Source: a virus | Direction: 5' to 3' (one strand) | Length of the DNA: 64,000 bases | IMG/VR virus record: IMGVR_UViG_3300044655_002046 | Shown here: positions 9,089-18,088 of the stretch, in pieces | Layout: each line of letters opens with the position of its first letter | Position numbering within the stretch: the stretch's first letter is position 1 | Program-made: the position numbers and the translations under genes | The notes under the pieces: generated by a model | Databases searched by the model: none | What the model was told of the DNA's origin: nothing | The model's input: the letters and a program-made list of their open reading frames with translations, nothing else

Positions 9089-9970
9089 CAAGAGTTAAGA
9101 TTGGCGGGAGCCTTCAGTAAGGATTCTGCTATTACAGAGATTTACGTACTCGAAGATGAGTATCATAGAGGTATACGACCCCTCCCCTTATCACCTGAGG
9201 GTCTAACTTATACTGACCCCAAGGTAGATCAGCACCTAGTCGCCAGTACGTTCCTGAATAAGGATATAGAACAGCGCATGGTGCACGAGCCCTGGACCGT
9301 GAGTGCGGATGACCCTATCATCGCGCCCTGGCGGAAGAAGGGTAAGATTATGAACTTCAAGGTGATATATGGTGGTAGCGCTAGTAGTTTAGCAGCAGAC
9401 CTCAATTGCGATGACAAGGAGGCAGGTCGTCTTCTCAAGCAGTACTTCACAGGTTTCCATGGCCTCTATACTTGGATTGAGATTACGGGGAGCCTATGCT
9501 CTCGTACTCGATGGGTTCGTAGCGCTATGGGCCGCTTCATTAATGTTAACGAGGATAATGCTAAGGGTATAGCTGGTAAGAGCACTACACGGCGAAAGGC
9601 AGTTAATTGTGTTATCCAGAGCTCAGGTAGTGAGATGCTGAAGATATCACTACCTCGAGTAAGACAGGCCTTAGAGGTTATAGATGCAGGAGAACGACGG
9701 GCTAGTATCATTAACGCTACTCACGATGAGATCAATCTATTAGTGCCAGGCTATGTGGCGTGGCAGGTAGTTAACTCTCGAGTAGTACCTATCTTGGATC
9801 AGGACTACTATACTGGTCAGCAACTCGATGAGTTTATGCTGGCACAACGTTATGCTGCTGCTGCATTATATCAGATGGAGAGCGCAGGTAACTATATACT
9901 TAAGGATGTGCTGGGCTCCGAGATACCATGTCGGGCTAAGCCAAATATACACCGCTATTGGTCACATTAA
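9089..9970 (+). CDS. polA: PolA C-terminal part, exon 2 (motifs B and C)
   Basis: QELRLAGAFSKD, RKKGKIMNFKVIYG (motif B), RRKAVNCVIQSSGS, NATHDEI (motif C). Confidence 0.9.
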   Translation, partial: QELRLAGAFSKDSAITEIYVLEDEYHRGIRPLPLSPEGLTYTDPKVDQHLVASTFLNKDIEQRMVHEPWTVSADDPIIAPWRKKGKIMNFKVIYGGSASSLAADLNCDDKEAGRLLKQYFTGFHGLYTWIEITGSLCSRTRWVRSAMGRFINVNEDNAKGIAGKSTTRRKAVNCVIQSSGSEMLKISLPRVRQALEVIDAGERRASIINATHDEINLLVPGYVAWQVVNSRVVPILDQDYYTGQQLDEFMLAQRYAAAALYQMESAGNYILKDVLGSEIPCRAKPNIHRYWSH

Positions 9971-10518
9971 TGAATATACTATTACGATTACTGGGGCTAT
10001 ATAACCCCATGAAGGTCATCGAGGCTTCATTGAGTAACTTCCCACTAACAGATGATTTCGCCCAGCAGGTAGTTATTAATGATAGGAGTTATCTAGATAT
10101 TGTAGGTGATATCGGTGAGTTTCGTTACGAATGGGTACAGTTTGACCCAATGAGTCATGCGGATATGTTGGTTATGTCTCAGCATATGGCCCTAGAGCTG
10201 GACTTTGGTTATCTCTATGCTTATGTAAAACATGACCCAAATGATGCAGCTATAGTCTTAGAGTACCGGGCCGCCTTTAACTACGCTAGGCTAAATAAGG
10301 AGAAGATGGATAAGTTCCTAAGTCGAGTGTGGCGTATTGTGCATGTACTCAATAGCTATACTGAAAGCTACGCAAGAGATAAGAGAAGGGAGGCCATAGA
10401 AGATCTAGTCAATCAGGGCATTACCCTCGACGGTGATAATATGGATGTCCTAGACTTCTCTTCACTCAATACATATCCTAGTGAAGATGACGATGACAGT
10501 ATCGGTAGCCCAATTTAA
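9958..10518 (+). CDS. Hypothetical protein
   Basis: 186-aa ORF overlapping both neighbours in the operon. Confidence 0.7.
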   Translation: MVTLMNILLRLLGLYNPMKVIEASLSNFPLTDDFAQQVVINDRSYLDIVGDIGEFRYEWVQFDPMSHADMLVMSQHMALELDFGYLYAYVKHDPNDAAIVLEYRAAFNYARLNKEKMDKFLSRVWRIVHVLNSYTESYARDKRREAIEDLVNQGITLDGDNMDVLDFSSLNTYPSEDDDDSIGSPI

Positions 10519-11578
10519 TATACCTCAGTACGTAGCCGCATTAAGGGCAGTAGTATCATGTCTAGATAAGGACAGCCCGCGAGCTGACGCATCCTGCGTG
10601 CGTATGACTATAAGTAAGGGACAGCTCCAACTGAGTGGTAATCATCTGGGCTCTCATAGCCTGGTCATGAGACTACCAGTGCAGGCAGATGATGTAGATA
10701 TCCTAGTACCCGGCGGGCCCCTCCTTAACCTAACTTGTCGTATGGGTACGCCCACCTCGCTTGTTATCGATATAGAAGAGGACAAGATAGTCTATAGACT
10801 AGGTACGTATGGCACTAACTCTACTCCTATCTATAGTAGCGCCCCTGCTACTCCTGCGGCATTAGAAAGCGAGGTTATATTAAGGAGTAGCCTGATAGCC
10901 AGTGCTATACGACTCGTAACTGACTATAAGAGTAAGGAGAACTACATACGTCTGGATATCACACCTGATGGTTGCTCTCTTACCCGTCGTGTAGCAGCCA
11001 GCGCCTATGTACAGGTATCGTGGGTCGATAGTCCAGTTGCTCGTTGGTCTGCTAACCTAACCTCCCGTCAGCTTCAGTTAGTATCTTATCTAGATAGTCC
11101 CCTCACCTTATCAGTGGGCCGCGCTCCTCGTCGACTAATATTAGATAGCGCGGGGGGCTCCCTCACTATACTCACCGGTAAGGAAGCAGATAAGATACCT
11201 CACTTCGATAGAGCACCTGATGCTGAGTTCCGTGCATCAACTACAGTTGATACTCGATTACTACTGGGTGCTATCAATTGGCAGAGTACAGGAGCCAGTG
11301 TGGGGCAGGCTATACAACTGCACTTCACTAATAATAATCTATTAGTGCAGGGCGCAGGGGAGCCCGCCTCTATACCGTGCACTATTACTGGTGAGGCCTC
11401 TATTAATCTGCGGGCCTGTGATCTTATAACAGTCCTACGAGGAGAGGGGTCTATCCAACTTACTGTTAGAGTCTTTATAATAGGAGATAAGACTATATCT
11501 ATACTTCTCCTAGAGAAGGAGGTTAATGGTCTATTTACTAGAGCTCTGCTCACTGAGAATGTTACCGTAGTAAGGTAA
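10481..11578 (+). CDS. DNA polymerase III beta-clamp-like protein
   Basis: 365 aa. N-terminus ALRAVVSCL..CVRMTISKGQLQLSGN..DILVPG resembles DnaN; lies in the replication cluster with clamp-loader genes. Confidence 0.6.
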   Translation: MKMTMTVSVAQFNIPQYVAALRAVVSCLDKDSPRADASCVRMTISKGQLQLSGNHLGSHSLVMRLPVQADDVDILVPGGPLLNLTCRMGTPTSLVIDIEEDKIVYRLGTYGTNSTPIYSSAPATPAALESEVILRSSLIASAIRLVTDYKSKENYIRLDITPDGCSLTRRVAASAYVQVSWVDSPVARWSANLTSRQLQLVSYLDSPLTLSVGRAPRRLILDSAGGSLTILTGKEADKIPHFDRAPDAEFRASTTVDTRLLLGAINWQSTGASVGQAIQLHFTNNNLLVQGAGEPASIPCTITGEASINLRACDLITVLRGEGSIQLTVRVFIIGDKTISILLLEKEVNGLFTRALLTENVTVVR

Positions 11579-11669
11579 CAGCCCGGGTTTCTAGTCAACC
11601 CGGTTTAATCAAAACTAGGTTAATGTCAATATCCCCAATCCGTGGGGTCAATTCTCGGAGTTATAATCA

Positions 11670-12044
11670 ATGTCTACTATTCCTACTTTCAATAAATTCG
11701 CTCGTCAAGGTGATGTACTTATTCAACGTATTCCAGAAGACAGCATCGACTTATCGAAAGCTACTCGTGTTGATAATACTGTCTTAGCATACGGTGAAGT
11801 CACTGGCCATAAACATCAGGTTGTTCCTGTTGAAACGGGCAATAACAATGCAATCATCGGTGAAAATAAGGCTGCTGAACTATTCCGTCTTGATGACAGC
11901 GGCACTCTGTACCTCCGCGTAAATGCTAGTACGGCCCGCCTTCAGCACGAAGAACACGGTCCCATTATCTTTAAGCAGGGGCTCTACAAGATCGGTATTC
12001 AGCAAGAGTACACTCCTTCTGGTTTTCGCTCTGTAGCTGATTAG
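11670..12044 (+). CDS. Conserved RQGD/GE.TGH.H/HEEH cupin-like protein (usual partner of DUF6745)
   Basis: RQGDVLI, YGEVTGHKH, LQHEEHGPI, GIQQEY. Confidence 0.8.
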   Translation: MSTIPTFNKFARQGDVLIQRIPEDSIDLSKATRVDNTVLAYGEVTGHKHQVVPVETGNNNAIIGENKAAELFRLDDSGTLYLRVNASTARLQHEEHGPIIFKQGLYKIGIQQEYTPSGFRSVAD

Positions 12045-12069
12045 TGCTAATTACTGTAACTTCTACCGT

Positions 12070-12093
12070 GGCCGGCCTAGTGCCGGCCTTTTT
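12070..12093 (+). terminator. Rho-independent terminator
   Basis: GGCCGGC-ctagt-GCCGGCC followed by TTTTT. Confidence 0.75.
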
Positions 12094-12159
12094 GGCGACA
12101 CTCGGCGGCATAAGTGTGACATAATCACAGTTTCGCATTTAACCTTCATGACCTGAAAT

Positions 12160-12570
12160 ATGAATATCATTGACGATTTAAATCTCATACAACCCCAAGA
12201 TTACCCCTCTAGAGAAGCTTATCAGCAAGACGTTGTCAAAGCGGTACAGGTCTTAATGCGTTTAGGTAATATGGACAATCCCTCGGCCGATTTAACCGCT
12301 TTCCTAAACTCTATCCTCGAAAAATTAAAAGAGGATGAACTGGCTGTCTACAATAGACGCAGTAAACAACAAATTATCGCCGATTTAAAGCAAGTTAATA
12401 GTGAAATTGTTAAACTCGAGCGAGAAATAGTCGACTTAGAATGGCAAATTGCCATCAAAAAGGCTGAAATATCTGTGTGGAAGCAGGAGTTTTGGACAGG
12501 GGCGGAAGGCAACGGAAACTTTGCTCGGCAAGTAGCTGAGCTGAATAAAACCTTTGCAGGAGGTAACTAG
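12160..12570 (+). CDS. Host-like coiled-coil hypothetical protein
   Basis: 136 aa, AT-rich host-like codon use; stop codon lies inside the adjacent IS end. Confidence 0.7.
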   Translation: MNIIDDLNLIQPQDYPSREAYQQDVVKAVQVLMRLGNMDNPSADLTAFLNSILEKLKEDELAVYNRRSKQQIIADLKQVNSEIVKLEREIVDLEWQIAIKKAEISVWKQEFWTGAEGNGNFARQVAELNKTFAGGN

Positions 12571-12805
12571 CCCTGCCCTAAAGCAACAGGGCTTGCCTAA
12601 ATTGGTCTAGGCAACGCAAGTAGAAACTTGGTTATGTTAATGAACAGCTATCTGTAAGCGATACCAGTTGGAGACGATTGGGATAGATAACTGTTAGCAA
12701 GATTCAGTTAATTCGTCGTTCTAGCGTTTTAATTGTTTCTTATTAATTTATGTAAAGCCGCCCTTCACTATCGCTAAGGGGCGGGATTTCAAACCCAATT
12801 TTTCA
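12563..12805 (+). mobile_element. Internally deleted (MITE-like) copy of the isrB element
   Basis: First ~65 nt match 5264-5325; then AACAGCTATCTGTAAGCGATA..GTTTCT matches the isrB 3' end (6472-6570); then the same right-end hairpin. Followed by ATGA. Confidence 0.9.
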
Positions 12806-13888
12806 ATGACTTATCTTGAATTAACTCCGGAACATGAAAAGCTAATCCCTACCTACAAGGAGCGCTGGATCCGTATGGTGGATCGCCCCTTCGATAAAGT
12901 GTTAGCCCGTCAAGCAGTTACTGAACTATATGCCCTACTCAAGAAACACTGTGACTTAGGAGATCTCGACTGTCCACCCACTATCTTCACTAGCTCGCCC
13001 ATCATGGCAGCCAGTATTATTGCTCTTATCACTAAGGCTGAGCAGGAAGAGGAGAGTATTGTTAAGGGTAAGAAGACTAAAACTAAGTTTACTGATACTG
13101 AACTCGCCTTAATCAAGGAGTTCTTTAAGCGTAAGCCCGCTACTCCTAAGAATGAGGCTGTACTGCAGAAACTCTTCGATGCTTATGTTGCAGAGCGGGG
13201 CCCCATTGATCCTATTAAGGATAAGGAGTGCAGCGGTTATATTGCTAATGGTCACTTCTCCTATGAGTGCCGTATGAGCTTTGCTGCATTCGCTAACTTC
13301 AGTGTCGAGGTACTCGGCGTGACTATGGAAGACTACGATAAGTACATGCTCATTGCTGAGAACTTATCGTGGGTATACACCTATGAAGAGTTATGTATTG
13401 TATGTGAGCGGCCCAAGGTACATTATACTCTGGACGGCGATATTCATTGCGATGGTGAGCCCGCGGTTAAATTCTCTGATGGTGTTGAATTATGGTTATG
13501 GCACGGTACTCCATTACCGACTTTCATGCAGTGTCATAGCTCTACCTGGGATCCCAAATGGTTACTAGATGATGAGAAAGGCATGAACTCTGAGCACCGC
13601 CGTATTCTAATCGAGGCGCTGGGCTACGAGAATATCCTATCACGCCTGGATAGTGAGATCATCAGCACCTATAATACTACTAGCTACGTAGGTGACGGTA
13701 ATGAGTATGAGTTACACATTATCCGCGGTGACTTCGGTGGCGAGGACGCGCATATTCTAACTATGCGTTGCCCTAGCACTAATCACTATCATGCAGTACG
13801 TGTTGATCCTAAGCACACCTCAGCCCGCGAAGCTGTAATTGAATTCAATAACGGCATAGATCCCGAGAGCTTCGAAATTCAGACTTAA
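12806..13888 (+). CDS. DUF6745-like protein
   Basis: WVYTYEELCIVCERP..IHCDGEPAVKFSDG..LWHG..P, N.E.RRILIEALGYE, MRCPST. Confidence 0.8.
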   Translation: MTYLELTPEHEKLIPTYKERWIRMVDRPFDKVLARQAVTELYALLKKHCDLGDLDCPPTIFTSSPIMAASIIALITKAEQEEESIVKGKKTKTKFTDTELALIKEFFKRKPATPKNEAVLQKLFDAYVAERGPIDPIKDKECSGYIANGHFSYECRMSFAAFANFSVEVLGVTMEDYDKYMLIAENLSWVYTYEELCIVCERPKVHYTLDGDIHCDGEPAVKFSDGVELWLWHGTPLPTFMQCHSSTWDPKWLLDDEKGMNSEHRRILIEALGYENILSRLDSEIISTYNTTSYVGDGNEYELHIIRGDFGGEDAHILTMRCPSTNHYHAVRVDPKHTSAREAVIEFNNGIDPESFEIQT

Positions 13889-13890
13889 GC

Positions 13891-14646
13891 ATGACAGCGC
13901 TATATCGAGCCGTACAATTCAACCCGCAGTGTGCCGCCTGTAGTCTATCTACTAAACAGGCAGTGAGTGGTCAGTCTGAGAGACCTATTAAGGATGTAAT
14001 ACTAGTAGCCATCTCGGCCTATCCTGGTAAACGGGAGGAGGACGCTAAGATGAGCCTCGCTCCTGGCACTAACAATGAGGATACTAGTGGCGCCGGGGCC
14101 TTCCTCCGGCGTTGCTTATATTGGGCCATAGAATGTGACCCTACGTGGGATGGGCCCCCCATTAACGAGCTAGTATACTTCACTAATGCTATAAAGTGCT
14201 CCCCTCGAGACAAGACCGTTAAAGATATACATCGCTCCCGCTGTCGAGATACCTGGCTATTCCCTGAGCTCACAGCACTACCAACTGGTGTGCCTCTATT
14301 ACTAGCAGGCAGCGAGGCAGTTAAGGCCATACACGGTCTCGATGCCTCTATAGCCAGCTACAGGGGGGCTGTCTATAACTGGCGGGGCCATCCTACTGTA
14401 ACTACGTTTAATCCAATAGAGGTAGAGAGAGGTGTCTTCTATAAGACTATTATAAATGAAGAGGATGTTAAACGTGACCTCGAGGCCCTACTTCGCAGTA
14501 AGAAGGCCCTGCGAGATAGTGACATCGATAAGGTAGTTAAGACTCGTATGTGGAACCCCGTCCCTGTAGGTAGTATGATGTGGTACTTTAGGAAGGATAT
14601 AAATATCATCAAGCAGGAGATACTGAACTATGCAAACACAAAATAA
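13891..14646 (+). CDS. Uracil-DNA glycosylase family 4-like protein (divergent)
   Basis: CAACSL, AYPGKREE, SGAGAFLRRCL, YFTNAIKCSP, RCRDTWLFPEL, TFNP in place of TYHP. Confidence 0.7.
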   Translation: MTALYRAVQFNPQCAACSLSTKQAVSGQSERPIKDVILVAISAYPGKREEDAKMSLAPGTNNEDTSGAGAFLRRCLYWAIECDPTWDGPPINELVYFTNAIKCSPRDKTVKDIHRSRCRDTWLFPELTALPTGVPLLLAGSEAVKAIHGLDASIASYRGAVYNWRGHPTVTTFNPIEVERGVFYKTIINEEDVKRDLEALLRSKKALRDSDIDKVVKTRMWNPVPVGSMMWYFRKDINIIKQEILNYANTK

Positions 14647-14893
14647 ACATGTCACAGAGCGGGCCGCCTTATTCAATAAGTTGCGCCTTCTGGGTATCAA
14701 GAGTATCGTCGTCTACTACTGGCACGATAATCAGCAACCCTGTCTCCTAGCGCCCCTCTATAATTCTGACGTTACTGACACGTACATGATATCCGCTAAC
14801 TTTAATATCGAGGAGACTAAATTGATCTGGAGTATTGCGCGCAATCTACTGCCCGATAATTCTCAAGAAGGACACATCACTATTGTCGTTTAA
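14630..14893 (+). CDS. Hypothetical protein
   Basis: 87-aa ORF overlapping the upstream stop. Confidence 0.6.
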   Translation: MQTQNKHVTERAALFNKLRLLGIKSIVVYYWHDNQQPCLLAPLYNSDVTDTYMISANFNIEETKLIWSIARNLLPDNSQEGHITIVV

Positions 14894-14898
14894 TCCGT

Positions 14899-15069
14899 AT
14901 GAATATTAAGAATCTAGCGTACTGGTACCTATTAATTGGGACCTCCTATGGTCTTACTGAACGTACTATTGACCTCGCTAAACAGGGGTTCACTCCTCTG
15001 GAGATAGGTACAATTGCCGTCATAGTCTTCACTCTAGTATGTATCATCTTCGTGCGTCCCTATGACTAA
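14899..15069 (+). CDS. Small two-helix membrane protein (56 aa, not in ORF track)
   Basis: MNIKNLAYWYLLIGTSYGLT..LEIGTIAVIVFTLVCIIFVRPYD fills the gap and overlaps the next start. Confidence 0.55.
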   Translation: MNIKNLAYWYLLIGTSYGLTERTIDLAKQGFTPLEIGTIAVIVFTLVCIIFVRPYD

Positions 15070-16153
15070 TAGTCTATCTAATGAACATAGGCCCCGCCGA
15101 CTAGCTGACTATGTAGGTGGCGGATTAGCCGTCTCTCTAGTTAAGACTCTTATCAGCAGGAATCTACATAGCTCAGCAGGTAATAATGTTTACTCGGCAG
15201 GGAGTATGTTAATGTGGGGCCCGCCTGGTTGCGGTAAGACTACACTAGCTCTACTATATGCTCGTAGCACTCTCTGTCCTAACCGTGAGTCTGGTAGCTG
15301 GGAGGGCTGCGGTGAGTGCCCTGTATGTCTGGGTACTGATACTACTAACATCTATCACTATACTATCAGTAGCCCCGCTGAGGCCCGGCCTCATATAGAG
15401 CGCTTCTTGGATATAGCCTATGCCAGTCCTGTAATAGTAGGGGATAGAGAGGATCAGTATCGCCAGTTCATCATCCTCGATGAATTCCAGCGTATCAGCC
15501 CTGAGCTGGCATCTCTACTACTAGAGGCCATTGAGTTCGGGCCCAATCATACCAGTTGGATCCTCTGCACTATGGATAAGCAGAAGCTAATGGCCAATAA
15601 GGCGACGAGCCAGGCCATAGAGCGACGTTGCCTAGAGGTGCCACTGTCTAATCCCCCTATTGATGATATGGCAGGGCGTATTTGTGATATAATGCACATA
15701 GAGCTGGAGGCAGCTCAGGCCCTCGTTAAGTTGGCTGGTAGCGCCGGTAGAGCATGGTCTCTCCTGGAACGACTACTACTAGTTAATCCAGTAGAGGACA
15801 TCACCTATGACCTAGTTTATGATGAACTGGCAGGTGGCGCTACTATAGAGGGCCGAGCTGCATTCTGGAGGGCCCTGGCCCTTGGTGATGTGAGAGCTGT
15901 CCGCGCTTATATCAATATGTGGCGACTCGACGTTAATGGAGAGATAATCGCAGGCCTTCTAGTAGAGGATATCATTAATAGAATTACTGGACCTAATCCC
16001 TCTATAGAACGACTACTTGCTGACCTGGCTCGCTGGTGGGGTAATAAGTCATATCCACTGGAGGCCGTTCTACTAGCTCACCTAGGCACTAGTGTGGCGC
16101 GCCCCACACCCCTGTTATTAACTCAAGGTATGGGGCTGGAGTGGCTACAGTGA
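15062..16153 (+). CDS. dnaX: Clamp loader, DNA polymerase III gamma/tau-like AAA+
   Basis: HRPRRLADYVG, GPPGCGKTT, zinc motif C..C/CGECPVC, IILDEFQ, IERRC. Confidence 0.85.
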   Translation: MTNSLSNEHRPRRLADYVGGGLAVSLVKTLISRNLHSSAGNNVYSAGSMLMWGPPGCGKTTLALLYARSTLCPNRESGSWEGCGECPVCLGTDTTNIYHYTISSPAEARPHIERFLDIAYASPVIVGDREDQYRQFIILDEFQRISPELASLLLEAIEFGPNHTSWILCTMDKQKLMANKATSQAIERRCLEVPLSNPPIDDMAGRICDIMHIELEAAQALVKLAGSAGRAWSLLERLLLVNPVEDITYDLVYDELAGGATIEGRAAFWRALALGDVRAVRAYINMWRLDVNGEIIAGLLVEDIINRITGPNPSIERLLADLARWWGNKSYPLEAVLLAHLGTSVARPTPLLLTQGMGLEWLQ

Positions 16154-16827
16154 TATATTTGACTACTACACCTGTCACTCTACTCAACTATCACTTGCAG
16201 CAGCAGGGCATTACCCCTCTAGTAGGGCACGATGCATCCTGTCTCGAGTGGGGTAACTTCCTAGAGCCAGTAGTGGTTATATGGGAGCGGCCCCCCACTA
16301 TTAATCGCGTAACACAGGTAGAGGGTAACACTGCCTATCTCGTCTTCGATAAGATACCGGCTGCATGGGTCGCTCGCGGTACAAGTTATGAGGTAGACCC
16401 CAATCAGTATCAGGCTATCCTGAATAAGGTAGGGGGCGTACTCACACAGCAGGGGCGCCTTAATCTATGGCGGGCCTATCATATGGCCCCTCGTCGCCTG
16501 GGAGCAGAGCTATTAATACTCAGTCTGCTCTATAAGGAGACTGGAAAGCCAGTAGATTGGACCGAGCCTAGCACTCGTAGTAGCCGGGTGCGTCTGGGCA
16601 GCGGGGCCCGTCACCTACCTAACCTAGATAGTGAGGTATATGCAGCACTCATGTCTAATAGCCGCACTGATAGTATCGGCGTCGCTATAGAGAGAGTAGC
16701 TGCCTGTGTTAGAGCAGGAGGTACTCGCTCTACCTGGCTGGCACTAGCACTAGAGGAGTGGATAGCTAGAGTGGGGCCCTCCCCATCAGAAGACGACCTC
16801 GTCTTTCTTGACACATTACTGAACTAG
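16141..16827 (+). CDS. Hypothetical protein (possible clamp-loader delta-like subunit)
   Basis: 228 aa overlapping dnaX. The function is inferred from position only. Confidence 0.5.
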   Translation: MATVIYLTTTPVTLLNYHLQQQGITPLVGHDASCLEWGNFLEPVVVIWERPPTINRVTQVEGNTAYLVFDKIPAAWVARGTSYEVDPNQYQAILNKVGGVLTQQGRLNLWRAYHMAPRRLGAELLILSLLYKETGKPVDWTEPSTRSSRVRLGSGARHLPNLDSEVYAALMSNSRTDSIGVAIERVAACVRAGGTRSTWLALALEEWIARVGPSPSEDDLVFLDTLLN

Positions 16828-16867
16828 GTGAGTCTATCTTACCTAGCGTCTGGACTGCGGCTCGGCC

Positions 16868-18088
16868 GTGTCTATAAGGTTACTGGTTCACCTAAACCAG
16901 ATATACACTACATACAACTACACGAATATGTCTGACTTATTAGTTAATGTCGATAACAGTTATCTTGATTTAGCTAGTGAACTGAATATTGATATCAATA
17001 GCATCACTGATAATATTGATATCAATACGAAGAATAGCCTCAATACGTTTTTTACCTCGTTGCCTAAGGACGTCGTCGTCCGCCGTCTCAATAGCGCTAG
17101 TTATCAAGATAGCCAGGAGTTGCGCTGGCCCTATCCAGGTCAGGATAACCCGAAGTTATTCGAGCAGTTCGAGGGTGTGAATGGTGTGATTGTGCAACTA
17201 CAGGGCGTAATACTACAGCACCAGGCGCAGCTAGACCATAGCTACTGGGATGAAGCTAGTAGTAAATACGTGCGCTTCTGTAATAGTGTGGGATATAAGC
17301 GCACCTACCCGGATGGCGTTAAGCTAATCCAGGGCCTCCCTGAGAACGTGTGTCTCAAGGGCGTAACTGAATACGGAGATCCACCTAATCGTCCTCTACC
17401 TATTATCGATAAGCTAGGCCTAATTGGTAAGAAGGGTATGACCTGCGGTGATTGTATTCGCGCAGGCCTGCACAATCAAGAGGTAGAGGGTAAGGATCGC
17501 CCTGTTACCTGTAGCCCAACGGGCCAGCTTATCTTCTATGTTACAGGCTTCACCACTCGTGTGCTGTCCAATAAGGGTGGTAAGGTTACATCTACCTTCA
17601 TTGATTATACAGTGAAGGAGCTCATGGATGATACTGGCTTTATCTTAATCATTCCCCTCAAGGCGAAGTCTACTCGCCGTGGTATCTGGGATGCCCCATC
17701 TAAACAGTGGACTAGTGTTGGTTATGAGGCTATGGTCAATAATCTCATCTACAAGCATAGCAAGGACTTCGATAATGCCCCTGCGGGCAAGCGCGAGATT
17801 ATTGCAATGAAGATGAGTCCTTATTTTCAGACCATTATCATTAGTATCGTACCGCCTAATCTCGAAGATAAGAATCCCAAGGCATCTCTAAACTTCGCAG
17901 TCAAGGAGGTTCCTGACTTAGGGGCTATTAAGGCAGCGCGCCAGTACTGGCAGCAGATTAACCCTGCTGGTGAGATTAATGTTCTTAATGAGGACAACTT
18001 TCGCAACACAAAGAATACTGATCTCTGTACTGCGCAAATTGTAGAAGAAGAAACAATTGAAATTAATGGGAATCCCTGGGCCGAATGA
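16868..18088 (+). CDS. Hypothetical protein (CxxC/C zinc-like motif, acidic C-terminus; possible ssDNA-binding or annealing protein)
   Basis: TCGDC..VTC motif, tail EEETIEINGNPWAE; likely start ATG 16928. Confidence 0.6.
   Translation: MSIRLLVHLNQIYTTYNYTNMSDLLVNVDNSYLDLASELNIDINSITDNIDINTKNSLNTFFTSLPKDVVVRRLNSASYQDSQELRWPYPGQDNPKLFEQFEGVNGVIVQLQGVILQHQAQLDHSYWDEASSKYVRFCNSVGYKRTYPDGVKLIQGLPENVCLKGVTEYGDPPNRPLPIIDKLGLIGKKGMTCGDCIRAGLHNQEVEGKDRPVTCSPTGQLIFYVTGFTTRVLSNKGGKVTSTFIDYTVKELMDDTGFILIIPLKAKSTRRGIWDAPSKQWTSVGYEAMVNNLIYKHSKDFDNAPAGKREIIAMKMSPYFQTIIISIVPPNLEDKNPKASLNFAVKEVPDLGAIKAARQYWQQINPAGEINVLNEDNFRNTKNTDLCTAQIVEEETIEINGNPWAE

Noticed and set aside
12107-12120. 10-nt match (CATAAGTGTG) to the reverse complement of an isrB-array spacer
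   Set aside because: Too short to exceed chance in 64 kb and no adjacent ATGA.
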